The notes under the pieces were generated by a model. The model worked only from the letters and a program-made list of their open reading frames with translations, made no database searches and was not told the origin of the DNA. This document shows, one piece after another, positions 29,810 to 46,899 of a stretch of 64,000 bases of DNA (its first letter is position 1; the number at the start of each line of letters is the position of its first letter). The translations under genes and the position numbers were made by a program. Location of the stretch: assembly GCA_010909165.1 (NCBI GenBank), contig VJWM01000016.1, positions 558,001-622,000 of the forward strand. The letters are read 5' to 3'. The DNA comes from Anthoceros angustus (lineage: Eukaryota; Plantae; Anthocerotophyta).

Positions 29810-32210
29810 TGCTCCTCCCCCTCTGGCAGCCGTCCGTCACCAATCCGTGGCCCCCGCTGCCACCAGTTCTGCCGCTGCGGCTGCGGCTGCGGCTGCGGCT
29901 GCAGTAGCTGCCATGGACCGTCCCGTTGCAATGGCGGCCCGGCCATTCTCCCGATTTCTCAGTTTTGTAGGAAGGCTTGATGGACGCTCCCTCCTCCATG
30001 TTTCCCGCCACTGCTCCCCACGCTGCGCAAACAGTCCTCAAGGCGTGCAAAGCTCGTCGCTGAAATCCCGGGCTGCCTCGGAGTCCCAGGCCCATGACTC
30101 AACACTGCAGCAGTTGGGAACTTGTAACCTACCTGTCTACCTACCTACCTACCGACCTGTTTACGTAGGTATATTTTTAAGAAAACGCGAAAGCTTGGTA
30201 AAAGCTTACCAATAAAAATATTATTATCCTGATAAAACCTGATTGAAGGCCGATTTGAGAAAATCTATCACATCTTTCTTTCATTCTTAATGGTAGATCC
30301 GGGTTCAATTTCTTGGGTTGAGTGTGCCGATGTGCTTGCATTCCGTGATGCAATTGCTTCCGTTATGACTGGTTAGCGATGCTGCCTACTTGCTTTGGTT
30401 GCCTCTCTCGCAGCCCTCTCTCGTGCCTTTTTGTGCTTGCTTCTCCCGATGCTTGTGTTCTCGTTCCAAGCGCTTTCTTTCCAACTAGATTACTCGATTG
30501 CTGCCCTTGCCCTTGCTGCTTTGGCCTTAGCCTCCTCCTCCACCTTTGGATTCGCAATCTCAATCCTCATCTTCTCCTTCCCAGCCCGACGATCCAGTCT
30601 CTCAGGCCTCTTGCATTCAGCAGCTGTCTCTTTCATATGTAGAGCAATTTGACTTTCCCTGCTCTCTTCAACTTATAAGAGCCCAGGCGTTGCATTCAAG
30701 GGTGTTACATTGTAGGCGGAGATGAGGAGAGGCACTTTGGTGGGATTGTTAGGCCACAATTTCAGGTAGAACTCAAACAATGGGTGAGGTTTTCATTCAT
30801 GGTGTCTTACCAAAATTCAAGTCAAGGGAGACACGATGTTAATTAGTAGGATTATTACATCTCATGATGACAAGACCTAGAAAATAGGTGAGAAACGCAG
30901 CGTTTCAGTTTGTATGTACATAAGAGGTGGAGCAGTCGACATCACGTAAGCAAGGTGGCAGTGCTGGCAACGCACAGTCCCCGGTGATGCGTCGCAAGCT
31001 GGAATTCCTCTGCCACCATGGAAACAGATACCGTGCGTAAGTGTGTGGGACTCTGCTCCAGGCACGTTATAGCCCCCGCCCCCCTTTCCATGCAGTCTAG
31101 CCTCCTGCAATGCATGTACTGAAATGTCACACCTCTTTTCTCCCAAAATCTTGGAATGTGGGCAGCCCCAGCCGCACGTCCTCCGTCCTCCGTCCTCCGT
31201 CCTCGATTGGCGAGTTGTCATCCGAGGACCGAGCCTCACAGTCTTTCCCCTAAACAGCATCGAGCAGGCCTCCAGTCTCACCAAGTATGTATCGGGCATC
31301 GGGCATCGGGCTTGGCGCTTGGGTTGGGGTGAAGTGGCTGGGCACTGACGTGACGAGCCGACGAACCGACTCCCCTAACACTGGCCTCTCAATATTAGAA
31401 TATATGTTTGTGCATACATACGAAGTACACCTGTTCCCCCTCCCCCCCTGTGAACTCTGAACAGGCCCAGGCTCACTGTCAGGCTCTCACAGGCTCTGGG
31501 ACTTTTTATAGCATTTCCATTGCATCTCATGGGTATTCTTTGCTGTGGAAAGAACAAAAATGGAAATGGCAACGGAAATGGGTTGGCCACGGTCAACGGG
31601 AGGCGGGTAGTACTGGCTGCCGCACCGCACGGGCTGCTGGAAGTGAGAGTGCGCAGCAGCGAGATGTGCGGGCACACTGCCACTATCCTTGAGTAGAGCC
31701 CGCGTTGCACGGCGGGGAAGCTTCTCGGGATTTCACAGCTTGAACTGGAGGCGGGAGGGGAGCCTGAAGGCGAGCTAACCATGTATGTACGCTTGGTTGG
31801 AATGTCGTCCTTTTCAGCGTGTGGCTCCTGGGCAGCGGGTGGGCCGCTTTGTCCCTTCTCTTTGCCCTTGCCTGCTCCAGGCTCCAGGCTCCAGGGCGTG
31901 CATTGGCGACCTGCGTCTCACTCATCGTGATGCTTGCGCACTACCTGCTGCGGAATGCGCGTGTCCAGGTAATGGCAGCGCTCGGAATCTCACTGCTCGA
32001 TTGCGGCTTGCCGGGAGACGGAGTTCGGGAGCAGTGAGCATGAGCTCATCTGCAGGCTGCTGAGTGAGGTAGGGGAAGGGGGGGAGTGAGAGGCGTCTTC
32101 GACTTGGCTTGTGTTGCTGTGTCAAGTGGTGATGGAGGAGGAGGAGGCGCTTGTTTTTATGGAATTCCTCATGTCATCCAGGTACCAGGCAGGCTCGCCG
32201 GTTGTGCGTC

Positions 32211-37305
<5,095 letters not shown>

Positions 37306-37873
37306 TAAAAGTGCCGATTTAGCTGTAAGTCTGCAAGATCGCAATTGTTCAATCGAACTGCCAGGAAAGAACTCTTTGAAAGATCGAAATTGTTCAATTG
37401 AACTGCCAGGAAAGAACTCTCCGGACTTGCAGCAAATGTGGATATCCGGAGAGGGACTATCATAATTTGGCTAGCACCTTGATTGTCAAGCAAGTCAAAG
37501 GCCGGAAACGTGGTATTGCGGTTGTGGCCTTGACTGCCGTTAACGGTATTACATATTTGGTTCTTCATGACAACGCACCTGTCCACCTTCCTAGTACGAC
37601 TCTACACTGGGAACGTAAGAAGGCATCAAGGGTGCAATGAAATGATTGGTCCGAACACTACAATATAAATGCTGCCCAGTTCCTATCTACTGCAAAGAAT
37701 TGCACTGGGCAGTCGCTGTCAATTGTTGCATCTTCGGACCAGATGCAACAGATACACATGGACAGCCCTACGAGCAAGTTGGTTGACTGAAACTGGATAC
37801 TTAGGGAGCAGCTTCCTCTGTAGCCGTGTTGAATGCACTCCGCGAATTCCCTTCCCTGTACATATGCGCAGTG

Positions 37874-37879
37874 TATAAG
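37874..37879 (+). promoter_or_regulatory. Candidate TATA box for the peptide gene at 38126
   Basis: TATAAG about 250 bp upstream of the ATG. Confidence 0.35.
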
Positions 37880-38125
37880 TTGAGTTCCAACTTCTTCACT
37901 GACATCACACCCTCCTCCTCGACGCTAGTCCTGAGAAACAATCTCCCAGACGAGCTAGTAGCACTGCCAGTGCCCGCTGCCCAGCAAGCAATTTGCTCAG
38001 TGGTCACTACCTGTGCCCAGGAAGCAGGAAGCAGGAAGCAATCTCCGGAGTGCCCACAGCCAGTCAGCCTTGCTCCGAAATCGTCTGTGTCGGGTTGAAA
38101 CGGACCAGGAAGGTGTAATTGGAGG

Positions 38126-38524
38126 ATGGCTTCTTCAATTTTGGCGATCTTCGTGACGATTCTTCTGCTCATAACCATGTCCACAGAGAGTGTTCTGGCC
38201 ATCAGGAAAGCCACCACTTTCAATGACAGTCCGCCTGCTGCACCGACCATAGGCTGCCCCGACGCGCATCAATTCAAAGACGTTGATATGACAATGGTAC
38301 CAGCTGGAATCCGATTCGGAATAGCCGAGGAAGATGCAGACGAAGACATGGACAGAGACTCGGACACGGACACAGACAGAGATGCAAGCAGCTTTGTTCC
38401 GGAGACCCATGGTGGATTCGCGTTGGAGGGTGCCCCACCGGCCCCGGGTCCTAGAATGGCGCCCGATGTTGATGTGCGAAGGATGCTGTGCGTGACCTCA
38501 ATACCCGGTGGTTGCTCCCCCTGA
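38126..38524 (+). CDS. Small secreted peptide precursor (132 aa) with C-terminal RRML-CVTSIPGGCSP
   Basis: Hydrophobic N-terminal signal (ILAIFVTILLLITM...VLA), acidic pro-region and C-terminal two-Cys loop. Clear paralog at 40163-40519. Confidence 0.8.
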   Translation: MASSILAIFVTILLLITMSTESVLAIRKATTFNDSPPAAPTIGCPDAHQFKDVDMTMVPAGIRFGIAEEDADEDMDRDSDTDTDRDASSFVPETHGGFALEGAPPAPGPRMAPDVDVRRMLCVTSIPGGCSP

Positions 38525-39299
38525 CTGATTTTTTTCGGTCCCGTCTGCTCCGTCTGTCAGGAATGCCTGTCTGCTCGGACCGGCATTCCCGACCGGCCGG
38601 ATCGATCTTGAGCTGGGCTTCCATCCAACTTCAATTTGAAGTGCCAAACAACGCACTTGAAAGATTCTTGGTAGGAATTTGTTTGTGTTGAGAGCCTCAT
38701 TGGCTAGGTGTAAGTCCTATAGGACATTCATTTATGGCTGTTTCCAGACAGGAAAGAGCCACACGGATTGGAATAGCACACTGCTCGCACGGAGCAGCAG
38801 AAGCTGGGCAAAATCGTCCATGGCTGTAAATGTAGTCGATTTCAGGGGTCGAATCCTTGATTTTCATGGTTTAACAGTTGCTGCACACTTGTTCTAATGG
38901 ATTTGGCTATCTCCAACAACGTACGAGACCCTGATTAAACGGCTTGCAAGTGGCGGGTGAACCCGTCAAGTTATGTGTAAAAGTATGGATCTGGATACTC
39001 CTACTGTAAAGAGCACACGGCACCGTGCAAGCACTTTATGCAAGCCATTCCTGACGGAAAATGAAGCTTGCAAGAAAGCAGCCATCTACTAAATACGCAT
39101 AGGCGGCTGGGCAAAGCCAGGCCGACAATTTCAATGGAGGAGAGCCTGCCAGAAATTGAATCGTGCACAGAGAATATCCTCAAGGCGTGCAGACACAGTA
39201 CCCTGGTGACCGCCATTCAGACTGTAATTTAGCTACACAACTTGCAACTTACAATCCACCGCAGCCACATGCACATACACAGTACAATGGTACACAGCT

Positions 39300-39380
39300 G
39301 GGCAGGGGCAGGGGCAGGGACAGGGGAAGGGGCAGGCACAGGGGCAGGGGCAGGGGCAGGGGCAGGAGCAGGAGCAGGGG
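39300..39380. repeat. (GGGGCA)n G-rich microsatellite
   Basis: About 13 imperfect hexamer units. Confidence 0.9.
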
Positions 39381-40162
39381 CCAGGTTGAAGTCTTCAAGG
39401 GATGACCACTGACAACCTGCCAGGAAGTGAATACTGCGTGACCCAGTCTATCTGACATCACCGCTTGACCAAACCGGCATGCGCGATGCGTCATCGCATT
39501 CCTGGCATTAAAGGGAGCTGTCCGTTTACACGCATTGACCGAAGGTCTCCACAAAGACTTGACAGTGTTAATTGCCTGGAGTGCGGGCCAAGTCTCCGCC
39601 CACGGTTTTGATGAGGATGGGGATCAAGCAGGTCTGAGGAGCAGCAAAACTCATCTTTCAGATTTTCAGAGCAATTTGCTCCGTCTTAATAAGGGGACCT
39701 GAGAACACGCAATGTGCAATGTGAACGGTCGAAATCAGGAATTTCTACACATCATTTCCTATCTCCAATCAGCTTATGATGAGAGACGTCTAGTAATTAG
39801 GAGGGGTCGGATGCCCCTGTCCACCTCCAACTCCGGGCTCAGCTCCGGGGGAGTCCACATGCCAGGGATGCACCTGAGGTCTGCCCCCGGCGGTCGGTGG
39901 GGGGAAACCCTTCTGTGCCCTGGCGTTCTGTGATGCCCCTCGTTGTCGAAGGGAATTGAGCTTGAAGAATATCGCCGGGAATAGATGTAGCCCAGCCAAG
40001 GCCCAATGCGACTGTTGGCCACCTTTCCGCAAGGAACCGCAGCGCGAAAACAAATCGATGCCTGGTCTCAAATACTGTTGAGCTCCCAGTGGGCGGCGAA
40101 GACGAAGATTACTTCACAATGTTCGTTCTGCATATACCATCCCTGTACGAGAAGTACCATTT

Positions 40163-40519
40163 TCAAGGAGAGCAACCCCCGGGTAAAGTACTCAAGCAAT
40201 ACAGCTCTCGTCGCTGTAGCACATCGGGAGCCAACCTCAGACCTCGAGACCCCAGGAATTGGTCCGACCCAGCTGCTGGAGGAGGCCTAAGGTCTCCAAC
40301 CTGCTGCGCTGGGGCCTCCGCAGTCCCAAACTCAATCCCTCCCACCAGGTGCCCATGCCCGTCCTCGAATTCCGCCAGGGTCGCCTCGGAGGGTGCTGGT
40401 GCCGGCGTGCTGTTGAAGGTGGCGGATTTCCTAGCGGCCAGAGCAGAATGTGCGAAAAATGCGAACAGCAGAAGCGAGCAGAAGAAGAGAGCCCGCGCCT
40501 CGTGAAGAGATGACGCCAT
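40163..40519 (-). CDS. Small secreted peptide precursor (118 aa) with C-terminal RRELY-CLSTLPGGCSP
   Basis: Signal peptide (LFFCSLLLFAFFAHSALA). Shares RK..TFN, GI.FG.AE, R.APDV..RR.L and C..(S/T)(I/L)PGGCSP with the 38126 gene. Confidence 0.8.
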   Translation of the reverse strand: MASSLHEARALFFCSLLLFAFFAHSALAARKSATFNSTPAPAPSEATLAEFEDGHGHLVGGIEFGTAEAPAQQVGDLRPPPAAGSDQFLGSRGLRLAPDVLQRRELYCLSTLPGGCSP

Positions 40520-40806
40520 TGCTGCAGCGGAACCCAGAATCGCAGGCCTCCTAGGAGCCGAGTGTCGAATTGAAGTCCAGCTCCAGCACCTGGAGATGTA
40601 GATACACCAGCAGCAGTTGTGTCGGTCGGGATGGGATCGGGGTCTGGTCGGGGTCGGTGTCGGACAGCTGGAAGCCTGGAAAGCGGAGTAGCCGATTGTG
40701 GGTGTCAGAGCACAGTACAGCTCGTGGTGTGCTGTGGTGTTGGGCTGTGCTGGGCTGCGTTGCGCTGCAGTGATGCGGGTTGCTGGAGGTTGGGCGCGAG
40801 CCCAGA

Positions 40807-40812
40807 TTTATA
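40807..40812 (-). promoter_or_regulatory. Candidate TATA box for the peptide gene at 40519
   Basis: CTATAAAT on the minus strand about 290 bp upstream of the ATG. Confidence 0.45.
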
Positions 40813-42899
40813 GAGGACCCAGCGACCCCTGGCCAGGCACTGGCTGCCTGCACTCGGAGCTTCACCGCTTCACCGTCGGTTGGTTCAACACGGTTAGGGG
40901 AGAAGCTGCTCCAGCGACCCCTGGGCCCTGGCAGCTGCTTGCCTTGTTGGTCATCTGTCAGAGACTGTCGGTTCTGAGACGCCATCGTTGCCTGGCTCTT
41001 AGCGGGTCTGTCAACGCCACTCGCCACTAAAAAAAGTCGGCTCGAAATTGCTTTGCTATCCCGCGCTTGACTCCCTCTTCCCCCCATCGGCTGCCATGAA
41101 AATGCTGAAATGCATTTCGCCCACAAAGTCACCCCACTTTGCCCTAAATCTCCGCAGCCCGGTTCGGGCTCGGAACTTGCATAATGTGCGTCCGCCAGTG
41201 AGAGACCGCGCCTGCCGTTCGCACATTTGTCAACCCTTTACCTGTCGGGACAACGGGCCCCGGTGTTGCTCGTCTCCTCGCCGCCGCATGCCGCCTATAT
41301 GAATTCTATACACCGTAGCGGCGCACTGGCTGCTTGTCAATGGCCGAAAGACGAAATCCCGGACCAGTCTTGCAACTTCCGCAACCGAGTCTCAGGCTGG
41401 TCAGCAGTGGGTCTTGTACAGTGGTTGTAGTGGTCTTTTAGCACCGGTCGGTTTATTTTTAAATTTTGATGATGCTTGAGCACAGCAAAGGCTGTGGCAC
41501 AAGCATCGTTCGAAAGCCAGTCAGGCAGCAGGCTTCGTCGAAACTGAGTTGGCTTGAGTGAAGAGTTTGGTCCGAAGTGGAACGCGCAGCTTCCCGTTCC
41601 AAAGAACTCCTGCGGGACCGGGTTCTCACAATGTGGTGGACGGGGGGTTACAGTGCAGCGGTAAGTTTTTTGGTGAAAGTTCGGAACAGACCGGTTCGGG
41701 CCTTACCTATTACAGCCCAGCCTTGGGTTTTAGGATTTGGAGGAAAAGGGATACGCCTTGAAGGGAGCCAAAAAGGACCCATCACCCATCGTTTGTTGCC
41801 GTACCACAACACTCTATACCTATGCGGTGGTGGATCACAAGGGCAACGTCTGGCACGGCTCGAGTCAAGGAGTTTGGCCCGTTTCAACCCCTATTGGAGT
41901 TTGGAGGTGATTATAACTAGGAGTCAATTTCCCCACTCTTTAGTCCACAATGACGCCGAGCTGTTGTTTCCTACCGGCAACTCAGGCTTTATAGGGTTGC
42001 TTGGCTTTAATATTTCTTCCGAGTCTAGATCTCCTAAATCTTAAATAATAGTTAAATATTTATTAATATTTTTACAATATCTGATTATTTAAAATATTTA
42101 AAGTATGTAAATTTTATTTTATATAATATAATAAATGATAAATATTACATCTGTAAAGTGACGTAGTGTGAACCGTATCCCAAATATATAACTGCTAGAA
42201 ATACATACACGAAAGACTCAAAGCCCTTCTTCCATTCTTTCCATTGCGACTAAGTGCCCATTTCCACCTAAAGTTTCATCAAAGGATTATTTTCACACTA
42301 TACAAAAGAAAGGATTTGCATTTCGCCCTCGCATGCATTTCGTGACATGCATCACATGCATGCATTTCAGAGATTCCTCCTCCCGCATCCCGTGATCCAA
42401 TTGTTCTTGACCTAACACCTTTTGGTGACTCTTCTTCATAAAGCGGCACAGGAAAACCAGTGGCAATATCTCATGCCCTTGGTGAAATACCTAGAATACC
42501 TGGGTAAAGTATAAAGGTAAGATGGAACTTCTTGAAAGGTACTCACATTATATATCGACTTTGAGGTCGTTCATATTACAGCCGCCATAGGTACCATTGC
42601 TACTCTAAGTACCCTTGTTCCGATATTTGGAGTATTTTTGTTTATCACCAATTAACTCATAAAATAATCAATCCTAACCTTAGCAATTAATCAATAACTT
42701 AAACTAGGGATTTAGATATAAAGAGCGCACTAATTTAGATAGTGCCTCTAAGATACTATTTCATCAAGTACCTTGTTTACAAGTAGCACCATATATTCAA
42801 TTGTGCCTTATTCCATTGGAGCTCTCACACTTGGGCTTGAGGGTTAAGATTTTGAAATGCAAGGTTTGGAACCCTTCTGGCACTACGCCATCTCTCCAA

Positions 42900-43810
42900 T
42901 ATCCAGGGGAGGGGAGGGCCGGAGGGGGGCAGGGGACGCTCTTTCTTCACAAGGACTTCGCGTATTGAACGTCCCGATGGGACCCCCGGACTTCATTCAG
43001 GTATTCGTGAGTGTGGCTTTTGCGGAAGACTTGGCTCACATTGACAATCTCTCTCAATTAGGGGACCCATAAGTGGCCTTTGGTATCCTCTCTTCCTGCT
43101 TCGTGCGTCGGCCATGGTACCTCACCAAAACTATGGCTCCATCCCTCGCTTTCTGATCGAGTCAAAGGAACTTCGATAAATAGCTTATACAAGTGCTTGG
43201 AGACATCATTGGGCCAGGCACCTTTTAGTGCGTAGCACGGAGTCCGGCGCGGCAGCAAGCGTCCCTACCTGTCGCCTTTGGGGGCACAAGTCTGTTGGCC
43301 ATGGAGGCCTTGGCACAAGCAGCCCTCCTAGGGAGTTGGGCTCTCTCTGCCCCCATCCTGGCCTCTCAGTTCTTAATCCGGGATTCCCCCATCTTAGAGG
43401 CCTTCATCTCGGACATGGAGGAGACGGCCTTCGCCTTGCAGGTTTCCCTAGGGTTGGCTAGGGCGGCCATCCAGGCTTTCTAAATCGCACCCACCTCTTT
43501 CTCTACCGTGATGAGGTTTCGCATGGGCTTAGTCCAACCTTTGGCCCGTTCCCTCTCAACATGCAGCTGTGGGGCCCCACTCGACGACTCTGGGTTCCAC
43601 CTGGCTCGTTGTCCCACTGGTGGGCAACGTATTGGTACACATGATGCTATTCATGACGTTATGTTCGCTTTGGCCAAGGATGGAGAATTTTTCCCTACAA
43701 GGAGCGCCCATACACTCTGCGCAATGGCGTATCACTCATGGCTTATCTATTTCAAGCTAGGGGGGATCACATCTCTCTTGCAGATGTGGTTGTAATAGAC
43801 CTTACCCGGG
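42900..43810 (+). mobile_element. CRE/R2-like (RLE-type) non-LTR retrotransposon remnant, post-RT to zinc-knuckle/RLE region
   Basis: QGLRVLNVPMG, QASLPVAFGG..L, and CSCGAPLDDSGFHLARCPTGGQRIGTHDA (CCHC motif typical of RLE elements), then LADVVVIDLTR. Confidence 0.75.
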
Positions 43811-44784
43811 ATACCATTTCTGAGCATGTCATCATTAAGCCTCCGGGTTCTCATCATTTGTATGATTCTCATCATGATATCAAAGCATAAAGTGAGTACA
43901 ACTGGAGTTGTTGAATGAGGCTTGAAGGATGTTAAGTATACAATGAGTATAGCAGGAGTAGTTGAAGGAGATCAAGCATACAGTGAGTATACATCAAGAG
44001 TTGTTAAAGATTTCTTTGTCTTCACAAAAATATTTGCTCCAAGAGGGGGCCTCGACTTTGCCAAGTTCCTCATTCTTCTTTTTTCTACAATCTTTTACCA
44101 TATGGTTAGGTTTCTATACTTATTACATATTGTTCCACTCTTCTTTTTATCTCTTGCAAGTGTTGAAGAAGATGACGGCTCTCTAGTCTGAGAGTTATAT
44201 TGGGGTCATTGGGAAGCAGAATCTCAGCCTCAGCTTCGTCCTCTTCCTCTGCCCCTTTGTGTTTACATCACTTGCTGCAAATACCCACTGATCATAGGTG
44301 TAGTGCTTCTCCTCGACATCCGAAGCATTTGACACAAGTACAATAGGATCTTTCTTGGTGTCACCATTCTTATTTTTGGCTCTTCTAGCACCGAATCTTT
44401 CTAGGACATCGCGAGGCCGCCGTTGAGCATGATGCCAATTGATAAAACGTCTGTGCCACAAAGAAGCCTCCTTAAGATATTGTCCGTGACCTAATTGCTC
44501 ATATTGGAGGATGTGCGAGATGGCAGAGCCAACCAATGTGAAGTGCAGGATGTTCTGACAACTTACAAAGTTAGTACCCGTCAACATCGGGATTCTCATC
44601 TTATTCTTACAAGAAAATCCAATAAACGCATTTTTTGTTTTCATTATGAAGTGGCTATTTTATTATGGAATTAATGGTCTATCATAGTAGCTTATTAAGT
44701 TAGGTTAAGAAAAACTATTTTTTCGTTCTCCCTTTAAGGAGTGATATTCAAATATGAGCGTTCACGTAAAGCATGCTTCCGCTA

Positions 44785-46780
44785 GATCAGTACTTTGACG
44801 GGGTCTTGCCCATCCCCCAACCATAAACATCATGCCCTCGTCCCCAGTGTAATACTCAAACATAAATTCATGCGAACTCCACAGCAAGACATGAGTTCAA
44901 TGAACTTATGGGAACTCCACAGCAAGACATGAGTTCAATGAACTTATGGGAACTCCACAGCGAGACATAAGTTATATAGAACTCCACAACCACACGTGAG
45001 TTCACAGGAACTCCACAATTAGACATAAGTTCATTGAAACTCCACAGTTAAGCCAGTTAAGCGTCCTTCGGATGGATCATTACTTAGATTGGGTATTGCC
45101 CATCCTCGGATTAGTACTTGGATGGGGTGTTGTCCATCCTCGGATCAGTACTTGGATGGGGTGCTACCCATCTCCAGATTAGTACTTGGATAGGGTGCTA
45201 CCCATCATCGGATCAGTACTTGGATGGGGTGCTACCCATCTCCAGATTAGTACTTGGATAGGGTGCTACCCATCATCGGATCAGTACTTGGATGGGGTGC
45301 TGCCCATCCTCGGCTCAGTACTTGGATGGGGTGCTGCCTATCCTCGGCTCAGTACTTGGATGGGGTGCTGCCCATCCCCGGCTCAGTACTTGGATGGGGT
45401 GCTGCCCATCCCCGGATCAGTACTCCGATGAGGTGCTGCCCATCCTCGGATCAGTACTCTCATGGGGTGCCCATCCTCGGCTCGATCTTGGATGGGGTCT
45501 TGCCCATCCTCGGCTCGATTTGGATGGGGTGCCGCCCATCCCCTCTCAAGACTTGGATGGGGTGCTGCCCATCCCCGGATCAGTACTCCGATGAGGTGCT
45601 GCCCATCCTCGGATCAGTACTCTCATGGGGTGCTGCCTATCCTCGGATCAATACTCAGATAAAGTGCTGCCCATCCCCGGATCAGTACTTCGATGGGGTG
45701 CTAGCCATCCCCGGATCAATACTCTGATGCAGTGTTGCCCATCCTCTACCTATAAACATCATGCTCTCATCCTCACAGTGTGCGGAGCCGCCAGTTGTTA
45801 GTGCCCTATGGGGTTACTCCAATTGTTAGGCCAGTTGTTAGTGTGTTAGTGCCCTACAGGGATAATGCAATTGTTAGGCCAGTTGTTAGTGTGTTAGTGC
45901 CCTACGGGGATATTACAATTGTTAGGCCAGTTGTTAGTGCCCTACATAGTTACTGCAATTGTTAGTCCAGTTATTAGTGTGTTAGTGCCCTACGGGGTTA
46001 CTACACTTGTTAGGCAAGTTGTTAGTATGTACTTAGTGCCCTACAGGGTTACTATAATTGTGAGGCAGTTCATAGAGTGTTAGTGCCCTACAAGGTTACT
46101 ACAATTGTTAGGCCAGTTGTTAGTGGTACTGCCCATCCCGTATCAGTACTTGGATGGGGTGCTGTCCATCCCCGGATCAGTGCTCCGATGGGGTGCTGCC
46201 CATCCCCGGATCAGTGCTCCAATGGGGTGCTGCCCATCCCCGGATCAGTGCTCCCATGGGGTGCTGCCCATCCCCGGATCAGTGCTCCAATGGGGTGCTG
46301 CCCATCCCCGGATCAGTGCTCCAATGGGGTGCTGCCCATCCCCAGATCATTGCTCCGATGGGGTGCTGCCCATCCCCTAGCTAAACATCATGCTCTCATC
46401 CTCAGAGTGTGCGGAGCCACCAGTTGTTAGTGCCCTACGGGTTACTCTAATTATTAGCCCAATTGTTAGTGTGTTAGTGTCCTACGGGGTTACTCCAATT
46501 GTTAGTACCCTATGGGGCTATTACAAATCAAAGTTGTGAGTGCCATATGGGGTTACTAAGATCAAAGTTGTTAGTGCCCTATGGGGTTACTACAGATCAA
46601 AGTTGTTAGTGTCCTACGGGGTTACTACAGATCAAAGTTGTTAGTGCCCTACGAGGTTACTCCAATTGTTAGTGCCCTATGCGGCTACTCCATATCAAAG
46701 TTATTAGTGCCCTATGGGGTTACTGCAAATCAAAGTTGTTAAAGCTCTACATAGTAACTCTAATTGTTAGTTTCTTACCT
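44785..46780. repeat. Composite higher-order minisatellite built from three hairpin-containing unit types and a recurring junction motif
   Basis: A units are 34 bp (cagtacttggatggggtgctgcccatcctcggat): about 19 copies at 45075-45746 and about 7 at 46126-46379. B units (gttagtgccctacggggttactacaatt) at 45792-46125 and 46420-46775. C units are 38 bp (gaactccacagcaagacatgagttcaatgaacttatgg) at 44874-45050. The junction taaacatcatgc.ctc.tcc occurs at about 44824, 45753 and 46382. Confidence 0.92.
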
Positions 46781-46899
46781 TAACTTCATATACTACCGTT
46801 GAGATGAATATCAATTAGTGATGACATTGATATCCCAGCTATGTTTGTGTACACCGACGATATTCCTAGATCACTTGTTTAAGAGACATGAGGCAATTA

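Noticed and set aside
30363-30660. Charged coiled-coil-like minus-strand fragment between the ABCC genes
   Set aside because: Interrupted by stops and not assignable to a family.
45075-46379. CRISPR-like array (34-bp palindromic repeats)
   Set aside because: Units are directly adjacent with no unique spacers, there are no cas genes, and the context is eukaryotic; it is a minisatellite.
45186-46430. ORFs with repeated MGCCPSPDQ / GWGAAHPR peptides
   Set aside because: These are translations of the minisatellite in several frames; there is no independent evidence of coding.
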